Shown: piece by piece, positions 1-10,256 of the stretch
How positions within the stretch are numbered: the stretch's first letter is position 1
Layout: each line of letters opens with the position of its first letter
DNA from: Terrimicrobiaceae bacterium
GTDB lineage: Bacteria > Verrucomicrobiota > Verrucomicrobiia > Chthoniobacterales > Terrimicrobiaceae
Assembly (NCBI GenBank): GCA_041738805.1
Contig: JBGSPC010000069.1
Span: forward strand, 19,610-83,609
Direction of reading: 5' to 3'
Length of the DNA stretch: 64,000 nucleotides
Notes under the pieces: model-generated
Told to the model about the DNA's origin: nothing
Seen by the model: only the letters and a program-made list of their open reading frames with translations
Database searches by the model: none
Position numbers and translations under genes: made by a program

Positions 1-2322
1 CACGTCGGGCTGAATCCCGAGTTCACTCGCCGCGTTGGCAAAACCCACCTGAAACACCCCGCTAAAAACTCCCCCGCTGAAAAGGAAAACGACGGCGGGA
101 TCTTCCTGGGCCGTGGTTGGTGCAGGGCTTGAAACAAAGGGACTCGGGGTGGTGCGGGGGAGGCGAATGTGTTGTCGCAATTCCTCCGCCTTGTCGGTGG
201 ACGCTGTCGGACAGGTCACGCAGAACCGGCACACCTCGGAAACTCCGGGGCCGGGCTCGGGCATGTTTTTGTCCGCCGGGGCGCTGCCGGGCAGACAATC
301 CAATCCCCCCCATGCCGCCAGAAGCTTTCGGCAGGAGACATATTCGATCCCGTCAGCCCGTGTGAGGGTTTGCCCGTTTTTTCGAAGCGTCTCCACCGCT
401 TCCCGGAGAGAGGCTGTGCAGGCCGGTTCACGGTGGGGCCATTCGTCAGGCATGTCTTCGTCCGGCTCCAGAAGCAAGCGCCGCTCTTCCGGCGTTCGTG
501 TGTCCGGCAACGCATCGGTGACCAATCGTTCAATCATCGCCCGGCACCCATCGGCCACCGTCATGCCAATCAGTTCGCGTTGTTTCGCAGCGGACCCAGC
601 CTGCATCAAGCGCAGGCTCAGGCGGGGGGGACGGTCCGGTGCCACAAGACGGATCTTGGCGGGAAAGAAGGTTTCGCCGGCAGTCGTTTCGTGGGTCATC
701 GTGGCGGCCTTGCCATTCAGAGCCCGGTTCAATCGATCGATGAGCCCCTTATCGAGGAGCATGTCCTGATAACTCTGAAGGTCACTGGCCCGCAGCGCGA
801 CATCCACCAGGCCGGTGATGGGTTCAGACGCTAGCGAGCTTTCGTCCCTCCTGAACGGCAGAAGGGGGGCCGAGATGATGCGGAGGGAGTTCCAATGTTT
901 CTCCGGGTGAATGGTGACCTGTCGGCACGCTTCCTCAAACACCGGCACGATGGGATCCTGGGAAACGCTGTTCCCATCGATGAACGTCTCAGGCCCTCTT
1001 TGAGTCGGGATGCTCTGGGCCTTGAAAAAAGGTGCCCACGCACATGCGCACATCAGGGCGTCCACAACCGGAGTGGTGGCAGGCAGGGGCTCGAGTTTTC
1101 CCGACCCGAGGTTGGCGGCAATGGGGGTGACGATAATCCTGCCACTGCCGTTACGGCCGACATTGTAGGAGGCCAGAGATTTTCTCGTCCGGGTTTCCCC
1201 CCGCCCCGGACTCTCTTCCTTCAACGCGCGGCGCACGCTTTCATCAAATTGGAACTCTCCATAATATGCGGGATCAAAGCTCTGCACCAATGCTTCCTTG
1301 AGCGCGTGCGAGTCTCCGAGATCGTTAAAAATCTGAAAGTGTTTGAGCAAGTTGCTGAAAGCATTTTGACGGATGAAAAGTGCGCCCCAGGCAAACAATC
1401 CCACCCCCCCAAGGAGAATCAGCCCCGCTTCCGTCCAGAAGAGGTTTGGCCAGCCCGGCCACAACCAAATTGCCAGTGCGCCAAGCAGCATCCCCGGAAT
1501 GACGGCCAAGCCGAACGCCAGTGGCACAAAGCCGAGCAACAACCAGATCACAAAATCCCGGGCCTGCCGGAACCAGGCTCCCCGGTTAAAAATGATGTGG
1601 GCCGCCTCAACACCGGCGGCAGCTTTTCCTGCCTTGATCCCCAGGATATCTTTCAACTGGATCCCTGCCATCAACCCCACCGGCATGGCCAGGGCGAAAA
1701 TGTTCCGTGCGACCAGCCACCAGAGTGTCAGCAACAGCCCCCCTCGCGTGCACGCACGTGCGATGGCAGTCATCTCACCTGCTTCGACCCATCCTATTCG
1801 AACCCGCGTGAGTTGCGCGATCAGCTTCACCGTCACCTTCACCCGCAGCAGTTGATCGAAAAGCCGGATCAATCCTGTCCGACTGGCCACCGCCACCCGA
1901 CGGCCTTCCCGCTCGTCATGAAAATGACGCGGCAATTCGACCGGCTTCAACGCATGGGAGGAGTTCGTCTCAAGGGGGTCGGGGAAAAACCCCTTCAGCA
2001 CTGTGGTTGGAGCATTGCGAAAGGCCTCCAGGAGCTCATTGAATCGCGCCACTTGCGCCTCCTCGATCTGTTTGTCCGACTTGCCGGAACCCAGCCCCGT
2101 GGTGAGCACATCGCCAAGGACGGCGGCGGTGATCGCCCCCACCGAAAGCCCCGCCACCATGTCCGGTGCCTTCCGCCGCGTCACGAGAAGCGCATGGACC
2201 ACACCCATCTGGAGCACGGTATCGAAGCCTGCCCCCGGAAAAGAAAACACCCGGAAGGGGTGCTGGTTCCCGGCGACCGGCAGCTTGCGATCCTGAGGCG
2301 GCGGGGAAGGTGGTGTTTCCAT
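1..2322 (-). CDS. Patatin-like phospholipase family membrane protein; 3' end lies beyond the window start (partial, at least 774 aa)
   Basis: Manual translation of the minus strand from ATG at 2322..2320 to position 1 gives about 774 codons with no stop. The N-terminus has a patatin-type Gly-rich box followed by a GxSxG nucleophile elbow (FSFPGAGFDTVLQMGVVHALL...DMVAGLSVGAITAAVLG). The middle has strongly hydrophobic segments (FVIWLLLGFVPLAFGLAVIPGMLLGALAIWLW; LILLGGVGLFAWGALFI). Spot-checked reverse complements at 2131-2250, 1501-1560, 1081-1140, 781-840 and 1-120 all stay in frame. The gene is not in the ORF track, presumably because it is truncated at the window edge. Confidence 0.5.
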   Translation of the reverse strand, partial: METPPSPPPQDRKLPVAGNQHPFRVFSFPGAGFDTVLQMGVVHALLVTRRKAPDMVAGLSVGAITAAVLGDVLTTGLGSGKSDKQIEEAQVARFNELLEAFRNAPTTVLKGFFPDPLETNSSHALKPVELPRHFHDEREGRRVAVASRTGLIRLFDQLLRVKVTVKLIAQLTRVRIGWVEAGEMTAIARACTRGGLLLTLWWLVARNIFALAMPVGLMAGIQLKDILGIKAGKAAAGVEAAHIIFNRGAWFRQARDFVIWLLLGFVPLAFGLAVIPGMLLGALAIWLWPGWPNLFWTEAGLILLGGVGLFAWGALFIRQNAFSNLLKHFQIFNDLGDSHALKEALVQSFDPAYYGEFQFDESVRRALKEESPGRGETRTRKSLASYNVGRNGSGRIIVTPIAANLGSGKLEPLPATTPVVDALMCACAWAPFFKAQSIPTQRGPETFIDGNSVSQDPIVPVFEEACRQVTIHPEKHWNSLRIISAPLLPFRRDESSLASEPITGLVDVALRASDLQSYQDMLLDKGLIDRLNRALNGKAATMTHETTAGETFFPAKIRLVAPDRPPRLSLRLMQAGSAAKQRELIGMTVADGCRAMIERLVTDALPDTRTPEERRLLLEPDEDMPDEWPHREPACTASLREAVETLRKNGQTLTRADGIEYVSCRKLLAAWGGLDCLPGSAPADKNMPEPGPGVSEVCRFCVTCPTASTDKAEELRQHIRLPRTTPSPFVSSPAPTTAQEDPAVVFLFSGGVFSGVFQVGFANAASELGIQPDV

Positions 2323-2468
2323 AAACGTGACGTCAAATTTTAGAAGCAATCCACCTTAGCCAGATCGGCAGGGTTTCGACAAACCCGAAACCAAAGGCAG
2401 CCGGATGGGGACCATGGTTCGAACTCATAAAGCTATTGGGGTTGTAACCCCATTCGCTCCTCTAACCT

Positions 2469-5400
2469 ATGTGTGCTAGCCTGCCTTCGATTGTCTTGAT
2501 TAGCCACGGTTTAACCGAGACAATATTGCCTTTTCAAAATTCCATGCCCGATTCACCGATCTCCAATCCATCAACACAGCTTAAAAAAGAGGGCATTGCC
2601 ATCATTGGAATCGGATGCCGGTTTCCTGGTGGAGTGAATGATGCCGGGGCTTTGTGGAAGCTTCTCATCGAAGGGCGCGAGGGCGTTTGTGATGTGCCTT
2701 CGGATCGTTGGAATGTGGAGAGGTTTTATGATGCCGAGCCGGGGTTGACAGGAAAGTCCATCGCGAAGCGGGGGGGGTTTTTGGACGCGATCGATCAATT
2801 TGACCCGCAATTTTTCGGCATCTCTCCCCGGGAAGCCCCCTACATTGACCCCCAGCAAAGGCTCCTGCTTGAAACCGCCTGGGAGGCCATTGAAGACGCC
2901 GGCATGATTCTTGATTTCGAAAACGGCACCGATATGGGTGTTTTTGCGGGCATCTCGCACAATGATTATCAGGGTCTTCAACACACCCCCACGGACCGCA
3001 CCGGCATCAGTGCCCACACTCCCATTGGCAGTGCACACAGCATCGCGGCCAACCGCATTTCTTATTGCCTCAATCTGACCGGACCCAGCATCGCGATGGA
3101 CACGGCCTGCTCCTCGGCGCTGACGGCCGTTCATGCCGCTTGCGAACACATCCATGCCGGACGCTGCAAGACCGCCCTGGCCGGGGGAGTGACCGTCATG
3201 ATCACTCCGGATGGATTTATCGGCTTCTCGCAAGCCGGGATGTTGTCACCCGAGGGCAAGTGCAAGGCGTTTGATGCGTCCGCTGACGGGTTTGTACGGG
3301 GCGAAGGCGCCGGGATGGTTTTGTTAAAAAAACTCTCTGATGCCATCGCCGATGGGGATTCTATTCATGCCGTCATTCTGGGGTCGTCTGTCAATCAAGA
3401 TGGGCACACAAATGGGATCTCGCTTCCGAGTCCGGAAGCCCAGGCACGACTCGTGCGCGAGGCCTGTGTGGATGCCGGCGTGGAGCCATTGCAGATCGGT
3501 TTTGTGGAGGCCCATGGCACAGGCACGGCCGTGGGCGATCCGATTGAGGCCACGGCCCTGGGCGAGGCCTTGTGTGCCGACCGCCCGGCGGACGAGCCCC
3601 TTCTTGTGGGCTCGGTGAAAACCAATCTTGGCCATCTGGAAACGGCCTCCGGAATTGCCGGTTTGATCAAGGCTGTCCTGGCTCTGAAGCACAAACAAAT
3701 CCCTCCCAGCCTGCATTTTCAAACTCCGAACCCGCATATTGATTTTGAAGGTCTGAAATTGCGGGTTCCGGTGGCCATGGAACCATTTCCTGCCAAGCCC
3801 GGCTCCCCGCGGATGGCCGGCGTCAATTCTTTTGGATTTGGTGGGGCGAATGCCCACATCATTCTGGCTGAGGTTCCAGAGATGGTTTCCCCTCAGGCTG
3901 AGACATCGACCACCGGCGAAATTTCGTGCGCTGAAAGGGCCTGGCCTATCATGATCTCTGCCCGCTCTGAAGCCGCGCTCCAGCTTTCCGCGTCACAGCT
4001 TGGCCATTGGATCGAGCATCATTCCATGAGGAACGGGAGCTCCCCCCTTCTCGAAGATCTGACGTATTCCCTCGGAGCGCGTCGGAATCACCATTCGCAC
4101 CGCCTCACAATCACGTCCCGCTCCATGGCGGAGGTTTCTCAAGAATTCGTGGCGTTTTCGAAAGGCGAACCACTGACCAAAGCCCGCGTGTCTTTCACCC
4201 CACGGCGGGAACATGCGGCGCGCGTGGGTTTTGTGATGAGCGGACAAGGCACACAGGCTCCCGGCATGGGCATGGAGCTCATGACGCAGGAACCGGTGTT
4301 CCGAAAAATGATCGAAGACTGCGAGGAGGCCATGCGGCCTTATGCACGGTTTTCTCTCATCGAGGAACTGTCCCGCCCGGAAGAGACTTCCCAAATGCAC
4401 CGCACGGAGATTTCGCAGCCAGCGATTTTTGCCATCCAGATGGGGCTTGCGGCCCTTTGGAAGTCCTGGGGTGTTGAGCCCGCCGCCGTGGTGGGCCACA
4501 GCGTGGGGGAAATTGCCGCAGCCTGCGTCGCCGGAATTCTCACCCTGGAAGAAGCTGCCCAGATCATCGTTCTTCGTGGACGGTGCATGGATGATCACAT
4601 GCCCGAGGGGGGAGGGATGCTGGCCGTTGGCATGACGGCCGAAGCCGCGTCCGTGGTGATTGCACGTCATGACCGCACGGTGAGCATTGCGGCCTTCAAT
4701 GGTCCCAAATCTCTCACGCTAGCCGGAAACAAAACCTCCCTTGAGGCCATCGGAGCCGAGCTTGAGGCCGATGAAATTTTTGCCCGCTTTTTGAAGGTGG
4801 ACTATCCTTTTCATCACGCCATGATGCAGCCCTCGGCGGATGCTCTCCATGAAGCGCTCTCCGGCCTCACGCCTGTGTCCGGGAGCCTCCCGTTTTTCAG
4901 CACGGTCACCGGTTTGCGTCATTCCGGCGAGGATTGCGATGCGGGGCATTGGTCAAGCGGCGTGCGGCTTCCCGTGGAATTTGCCTCGGCGATTCAATCA
5001 GTGGCCGATCATGGGGTGGATGTCTGGCTCGAAATCGGTGCTCACCCCGCGCTGGTGCGTTCGCTGCAGGAATGCCTGGTGGCTGAAACGACCAAGCCGA
5101 CGATTGTGGCCTCCATGCGACGCGAACGCGAGCACGAGTCTTTGCTCGAAACGGCCATGGACCTTCATATGGCCGGAGTGGAGCTCGATTTTGAGGCCAT
5201 CTCTCCGTCACGCAAATTTTTGGATCTCCCCGCTTATGCGTGGGACAAAGATCGTTGGTGGAATGAGTGTGCGGAAACCCGCGAAGGCCGTCTGGGAGGC
5301 GGAGGACGCGGATTGCTGGATGTGCGTCTCTCCCGTGCCACCCCCACATGGATTGCCCGGCTTGACGGGCGTCATATGGCCTTCCTGAAAGATCATCGCG

Positions 5401-8400
5401 TTGAAAACCACACGATTTTTCCTGCGGCCGGTTTTGTCGAGATGGCGCTCGAAGTCGGTGTGCAGCTGTTTGAAGGAGCCGCCTTTGTGGTGGAGGATTT
5501 CGAGATCCGGAAACCCCTCATCCTGCCTGACCCGGTTTCCGGCCTGCTGCTTGAGCTGACGTATGATCCCACCGCTCGCACGTTCACCATCCAGAGCCGC
5601 TTCGAAAACAGCGCTTCATGGTCGGTGCATGTCATCGGTTCCCTGCGCGGCGAGCGCACCGAATCCGCATTTTCCGGGACTCACTGGGAGAATCGACCCA
5701 CGACAGGCCTGCAGCCCCTCGAAGTCGGTGCCTTTTATGATCACATGAGCGAGATGGGGCTCCGGTACGGGCAGGAATTCCGTCCGATCCGGGAGCTGGC
5801 TGTGGGTGGAGGAAAGTCCCTTGGCCAGGTGTCCCTTTCCGAAGATATCGCAGAACGTGCCGGGGATTATCCATTGCATCCGGTTCTGTTTGATGGGGCC
5901 CTCCAAATTTTCTCTGCCGGCGCGGCAACCGTGGAAGGACGCACAGCCGGGCTCAGGCTTCCCGTGCGGTTTTCCAGGATTTTGTTTTTGCGGTCGCCGG
6001 TGGCAGCGGGACATGTGCGGGCCGGAGTGATTCATGCCAATGACGAACTCGTGGAAGGCAACATTGAAATCTATGACGGTGAAGGCCGGCCCTGTGTTTC
6101 CATTCAGGGTTTTCGTGCGATCAGTGTCGAGGGGGCCCGCCGTTCCAGCAGGACTGGCAAAGGCCGGGACGTGATGTACCACGTTGCCTGGGAGAAACAA
6201 TCCAAACTCCCACCAACCTCTTCTCCCGAACCACTGCCACTTGGTCGTTTGCAGGAAGTGGCGATGGAAGCTCTTGAGGAAGTGTTCACCATGCGCGGAC
6301 GGGATCATCTCGAAGCGGCGAATGCGGCCGATGATGTCCTGGCCCTGTCGCAGGTTGCCTCTGCGTTCGAAAAAATGATTGCTGATACTGAAGAACCCTT
6401 CACGGCAGAATCCCTTGGTGTGGCAGAGTCCATGCGCCAAGTTTTTGAGCAGTTGGCGGGCGATCTGCAGCAAAACGGACTTCTGAAAAAAACGGTCAAC
6501 GGTTATCGGCCGACCCCTGCTCTCCATGAGGCCGCAGAGTCCATGACAGGATTGCTGAGGAGAAACATCACAACGCATCCGGGCCACTTGCCGGAGGCCA
6601 TGCTCTGCTCAGCCACGACAGCGGAGCTCGGCCCGATTCTGCGGGCAGAACGGGACGCCGTGCAGGTTCTGTTTTCGAGTTCCACCACCGATATTCTTGA
6701 TCAGTTTTACGGGGATTCCCCCGTGATCAGCCCGTGGCTCGCAGCGATTGGAAGAGTTGTCGCAGAGCTGGCTGCTCAACTCCCTGAAGGCCGGGGGCTT
6801 CGTATTCTTGAGGTTGGGGCCGGGACGGGAGGACTTGCTTCGATGATCCTTCCCCTTCTCGAACGTGATCTTCACTCGTACGTGTTCAGCGATGTCTCCG
6901 CCTCCTTCTTTCCCGCAGCCCGTCAGAAACTCGCGTCCTTCCCCGAGGTGGAATTCAAAATTTTCGACCTCGAAAAGCCGGGAGCAGCCCAGGAATTTGA
7001 ACCCGACACCTTTGATTTGATCCTTGGCACGAATGTGATCCACGCGGTGAGTGATGTGCGTGACTCGCTCCGAAATCTTCACGACCTTCTGACCCCCGGT
7101 GGGAGTCTGGTTTTTGTGGATGTCGGTTCCCCGCATCTCTGGCTGAATGCGGTCTTTGGTCTCACAAGCGGCTGGTGGCGTTTCTCGGACCGTGATCTGC
7201 GTCCGAATCACCCGCTGCTTACGCGCGCTCAGTGGGAAAAAGTCCTTGGTGACGTGGGCTACAGTGAGGTGTTGTCTTTGCCAGGTCTCCGTCGCCCGAA
7301 CGGCGATGAAAGCCTCATTGGCCTCATGGCCCGCAAGGAGTGGGTTGCACCGCAGTCGTTGCCTCCGGGTGATGATCATATTCCCACCGAAAAATCATGG
7401 CTCATTTTTGCTGATGAGGCCGGGCTTGGAGACCGGCTCGCTTCGCTTGTGCAGGCTGGTGGCGGTCGATGCCGGGTCGTGCACAGCGGACCGGAATTTG
7501 CATCCCAGGGGGCTGACAAATTTTTCCTCAGGCCCGGCGAGAGCGAAGATTGGAAAAATCTGCTCGCGGCGTGCAACGAAGAGCCTCCGGAACGTTTGGT
7601 GTATTTATGGTCTCTGGACGAAAGCCAGACGGACAAACCGTGGACGGCGACCGATGGATTGCTTCATCTCACGCAGGCTCTCGATGAAACAGGCCCTGGC
7701 CGCAAGATGCGATTGGATGTGATCACGCGAGGGGCACAAGCTGCTGGAAAAATGCGTTCCGTTTCGGTGTGGCAGGCTCCCATCCTGGGATTTTTGAGGG
7801 TGGTGGCCAATGAGTACCCCAACATTTCCTGCTGCGGCATCGATCTGTCCCCGGAGGCCTCTGTGAATGAATGTCTTGTCCTGAAGAATGAGCTCTTTCA
7901 GCCACACACCGAGCGCGAAATCGTCTTCCGCGGTGAGGCGCGTTATGTGCGCCGCATTGCCCGCGGGTTGATTCGGGAAGACAGGGTTCTGGATCCCTCC
8001 GTGCAACTCCGCCTCGAGTCGCGGGAGCGGGGATTGCTCGATTCGCTCCGGTTGGTGCCGTTCCTGCCCGCAGCCTGTGCTCCGGGAGAAGTCGAAATTG
8101 AAGTCAAAGCAGCCGGGATGAATTTCCGGGATGTTTTGAAGGCCTTGGCCCTTTACCCTGCGGAAACGGCAGATGCCAGAATCTTTGGAGATGAAGTCGC
8201 CGGAATCGTGAAATCGGTGGGCCGCGACGTGACCCATGTGGCTCCCGGTGACCGGGTGTTCGGATTGGCGGTCTTTGGCCTCGCCACACATTCGATGGCA
8301 AGAGCCGGTGATGTGCTCCCTATTCCGGACGGGCTGACATTTGAGGAGGCGGCGACGTTGCCGGTTGTTTTTATGACGTCATGGCATGCCCTGAAAACCG

Positions 8401-10256
8401 TGGCACATCTCCAACCCGGTGAGCAAATTCTTGTCCATGCCGGGGCCGGTGGTGTGGGTATGGCCGCCATCCAGATTGCCCTTCATCTCGGGTCGGAAGT
8501 GATTGCCACGGCTGGCAGTCCCGCCAAACGCGGGCTTCTGGAAACCCTTGGCGTCAAACACGTGATCGATTCGCGGCGGGGCGACTTTGCGGATGCTGTC
8601 ATGGAGATCACTCACGGGCGTGGCGTGGATGTTGTGCTTAATTCGCTGGCCTCTGAGGCGATTCCCATGGGCCTCGCCTGCCTTGCGGAGTTTGGCAGGT
8701 TCATTGAAATCGGAAAACGCGACATTTATCAGAACTCGCGCATCCCCCTTTGGCCTCTGCGCAAAAACGCGTCATTTCATGTGGTGGCGATGGATGCCAT
8801 CTTTGGAGGGGACGAGGGCCGGACCCGCGATCTTCTCAAAGTGATTGCCGACATGGTTGGGAGAAAAGAAATTTTCCCCCTGCCGTTCAGATCCTTCCCA
8901 GCCTGCCGGATTGATGCGGCCTTCCGTCTGATGGCCCAAGGCAAAAACACGGGCAAGATGATCGTTTCCTTTCCTGAGCCCTTCCTTGCCAGACGCGGTG
9001 AGCCTCCCGCTTTGCCTTTCTCGGTGGACCCGGAAGGCTGTTACCTGATCACCGGGGCCTTTGGTGGTTTCGGAAGGGTCGTGGCCTCGTGGCTTGTCGA
9101 ATGTGGAGCCCGTCACCTCGTGATGACCAGCCGGAGCGGCCCATCAACACCCGAGGCTGTCGCGTTCCTCGCGACTCTGCGTGAGCAGGGCGTGGAAGTG
9201 CAGTCAATCCTTGCTGATGCAGGCTCTGTGCAAGATGTGGATGTGATCTTTGATCGCATCTCCGGGGCTGGCCGCTCACTCAAGGGCGTTTTTCATCTGG
9301 CCATGGTGATTGATGATGCACCAATTGCGGCTTTGACTCCTGATCGCATGCAAAGCGTGCTGGGCCCAAAAGCCATGGGGGCCTGGCTTCTTCACACCAA
9401 AACCCAAAACCTCGCTCTGGACCACTTCGTGATGTTCTCTTCGGTTTCGAGCACCTTTGGCAATCCAGCCCAGGGCAACTACGCTGCCGCCAATGCGTTT
9501 TTGGATGCCTTGGCGCATCACCGTCATTCCATGGGCCTTCCCGCCCTTGCGATCAATTGGGGAGCCCTTGGTGGCGAGGGATATGTGGCCCGCAATGAAC
9601 GTGTGGCAGAGTATTTGGCCCGTCAGGGCACAATCCCTCTCGAGCCCCAGGAAGTGACCCTTCTCATGGAATCCTTCCTTTCGGCGGGAACCACTCAAGC
9701 CTTGGCCCTTCGCGCCGATTGGGTCAAATGGAGAACGTCTTTCCGGGGCAGCCAGGAAAACCCGCTGATGGAGCGCCTCTTCGCGGATGGTGCGGAAGGC
9801 CAAAGTGCCTCCGGTTCAAAAAGCGACTGGCGGTTAAAAATCGAATCTGCCCCCGATGACAAGCGCACAGAGATCATTGTTCTTGCTGTGCTGGATGTCG
9901 TGGGGTCGGTTCTTCGCGTCAAACCTGAAAACCTGCGTCCGGATCAGCCGCTGACAGATTTGGGTCTCGATTCCCTGATGGCCGTTGAGATCGAGACTTC
10001 GCTTGAGAGTGCTCTGGGGGTGGCCCTTCCTCCGGCCAGCCTCATGCGGGCCCGCACCATTGCTCAGATCGCAGCGTTGATTGCGGAATACCTCGCCGGC
10101 TCAAAAAATGCCCCGTCATCGGTCACCAGTGAACCCGCTCCAGAACCCGCCCCCGCCGAAACGGTGGACCTTGAGGCGTTTTCTGATGAAGAAATTGAGC
10201 GTTTGTTTGCCGGGGACCCAACAAATCCCCCTGCGGAATCCGAAGTAAAGCTATGA
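2469..10256 (+). CDS. Type I polyketide synthase, single highly reducing module (KS-AT-DH-cMT-ER-KR-ACP), no terminal TE/R domain
   Basis: The 2595-aa ORF contains, in order: KS (IAIIGIGCRFPGG; active-site DTACSSAL; HGTGT; NLGHLE); AT (GHSVGE); DH (HRVENHTIFPAAGFVEMALE, an HxxxGxxxxP-like variant); C-methyltransferase motif I (ILEVGAGTGGLAS); ER NADPH site (HAGAGGVGMAAIQ); KR (ITGAFGGFGRVVASWL with the NYAAANAFLD catalytic region); and ACP (LGLDSLMAVE). It ends in an acidic PAPEPAPAETVDLEAFSDEEIERLF tail. The true start may be the internal MPDSPIS (about 2544). Confidence 0.9.
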   Translation: MCASLPSIVLISHGLTETILPFQNSMPDSPISNPSTQLKKEGIAIIGIGCRFPGGVNDAGALWKLLIEGREGVCDVPSDRWNVERFYDAEPGLTGKSIAKRGGFLDAIDQFDPQFFGISPREAPYIDPQQRLLLETAWEAIEDAGMILDFENGTDMGVFAGISHNDYQGLQHTPTDRTGISAHTPIGSAHSIAANRISYCLNLTGPSIAMDTACSSALTAVHAACEHIHAGRCKTALAGGVTVMITPDGFIGFSQAGMLSPEGKCKAFDASADGFVRGEGAGMVLLKKLSDAIADGDSIHAVILGSSVNQDGHTNGISLPSPEAQARLVREACVDAGVEPLQIGFVEAHGTGTAVGDPIEATALGEALCADRPADEPLLVGSVKTNLGHLETASGIAGLIKAVLALKHKQIPPSLHFQTPNPHIDFEGLKLRVPVAMEPFPAKPGSPRMAGVNSFGFGGANAHIILAEVPEMVSPQAETSTTGEISCAERAWPIMISARSEAALQLSASQLGHWIEHHSMRNGSSPLLEDLTYSLGARRNHHSHRLTITSRSMAEVSQEFVAFSKGEPLTKARVSFTPRREHAARVGFVMSGQGTQAPGMGMELMTQEPVFRKMIEDCEEAMRPYARFSLIEELSRPEETSQMHRTEISQPAIFAIQMGLAALWKSWGVEPAAVVGHSVGEIAAACVAGILTLEEAAQIIVLRGRCMDDHMPEGGGMLAVGMTAEAASVVIARHDRTVSIAAFNGPKSLTLAGNKTSLEAIGAELEADEIFARFLKVDYPFHHAMMQPSADALHEALSGLTPVSGSLPFFSTVTGLRHSGEDCDAGHWSSGVRLPVEFASAIQSVADHGVDVWLEIGAHPALVRSLQECLVAETTKPTIVASMRREREHESLLETAMDLHMAGVELDFEAISPSRKFLDLPAYAWDKDRWWNECAETREGRLGGGGRGLLDVRLSRATPTWIARLDGRHMAFLKDHRVENHTIFPAAGFVEMALEVGVQLFEGAAFVVEDFEIRKPLILPDPVSGLLLELTYDPTARTFTIQSRFENSASWSVHVIGSLRGERTESAFSGTHWENRPTTGLQPLEVGAFYDHMSEMGLRYGQEFRPIRELAVGGGKSLGQVSLSEDIAERAGDYPLHPVLFDGALQIFSAGAATVEGRTAGLRLPVRFSRILFLRSPVAAGHVRAGVIHANDELVEGNIEIYDGEGRPCVSIQGFRAISVEGARRSSRTGKGRDVMYHVAWEKQSKLPPTSSPEPLPLGRLQEVAMEALEEVFTMRGRDHLEAANAADDVLALSQVASAFEKMIADTEEPFTAESLGVAESMRQVFEQLAGDLQQNGLLKKTVNGYRPTPALHEAAESMTGLLRRNITTHPGHLPEAMLCSATTAELGPILRAERDAVQVLFSSSTTDILDQFYGDSPVISPWLAAIGRVVAELAAQLPEGRGLRILEVGAGTGGLASMILPLLERDLHSYVFSDVSASFFPAARQKLASFPEVEFKIFDLEKPGAAQEFEPDTFDLILGTNVIHAVSDVRDSLRNLHDLLTPGGSLVFVDVGSPHLWLNAVFGLTSGWWRFSDRDLRPNHPLLTRAQWEKVLGDVGYSEVLSLPGLRRPNGDESLIGLMARKEWVAPQSLPPGDDHIPTEKSWLIFADEAGLGDRLASLVQAGGGRCRVVHSGPEFASQGADKFFLRPGESEDWKNLLAACNEEPPERLVYLWSLDESQTDKPWTATDGLLHLTQALDETGPGRKMRLDVITRGAQAAGKMRSVSVWQAPILGFLRVVANEYPNISCCGIDLSPEASVNECLVLKNELFQPHTEREIVFRGEARYVRRIARGLIREDRVLDPSVQLRLESRERGLLDSLRLVPFLPAACAPGEVEIEVKAAGMNFRDVLKALALYPAETADARIFGDEVAGIVKSVGRDVTHVAPGDRVFGLAVFGLATHSMARAGDVLPIPDGLTFEEAATLPVVFMTSWHALKTVAHLQPGEQILVHAGAGGVGMAAIQIALHLGSEVIATAGSPAKRGLLETLGVKHVIDSRRGDFADAVMEITHGRGVDVVLNSLASEAIPMGLACLAEFGRFIEIGKRDIYQNSRIPLWPLRKNASFHVVAMDAIFGGDEGRTRDLLKVIADMVGRKEIFPLPFRSFPACRIDAAFRLMAQGKNTGKMIVSFPEPFLARRGEPPALPFSVDPEGCYLITGAFGGFGRVVASWLVECGARHLVMTSRSGPSTPEAVAFLATLREQGVEVQSILADAGSVQDVDVIFDRISGAGRSLKGVFHLAMVIDDAPIAALTPDRMQSVLGPKAMGAWLLHTKTQNLALDHFVMFSSVSSTFGNPAQGNYAAANAFLDALAHHRHSMGLPALAINWGALGGEGYVARNERVAEYLARQGTIPLEPQEVTLLMESFLSAGTTQALALRADWVKWRTSFRGSQENPLMERLFADGAEGQSASGSKSDWRLKIESAPDDKRTEIIVLAVLDVVGSVLRVKPENLRPDQPLTDLGLDSLMAVEIETSLESALGVALPPASLMRARTIAQIAALIAEYLAGSKNAPSSVTSEPAPEPAPAETVDLEAFSDEEIERLFAGDPTNPPAESEVKL

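Noticed and set aside
113-2343. Plus-strand ORFs 113-769, 169-834 and 895-2343 (218-482 aa)
   Set aside because: Their translations are R/H/P/Q-rich low-complexity sequence with no motifs. They share codon register with the long minus-strand patatin-like ORF and are its antisense shadows.
5616-6587. 323-aa minus-strand ORF (and other 60-250 aa ORFs on both strands) inside the PKS gene
   Set aside because: They fall within a continuous, motif-validated 2595-aa PKS reading frame and are shadow ORFs.
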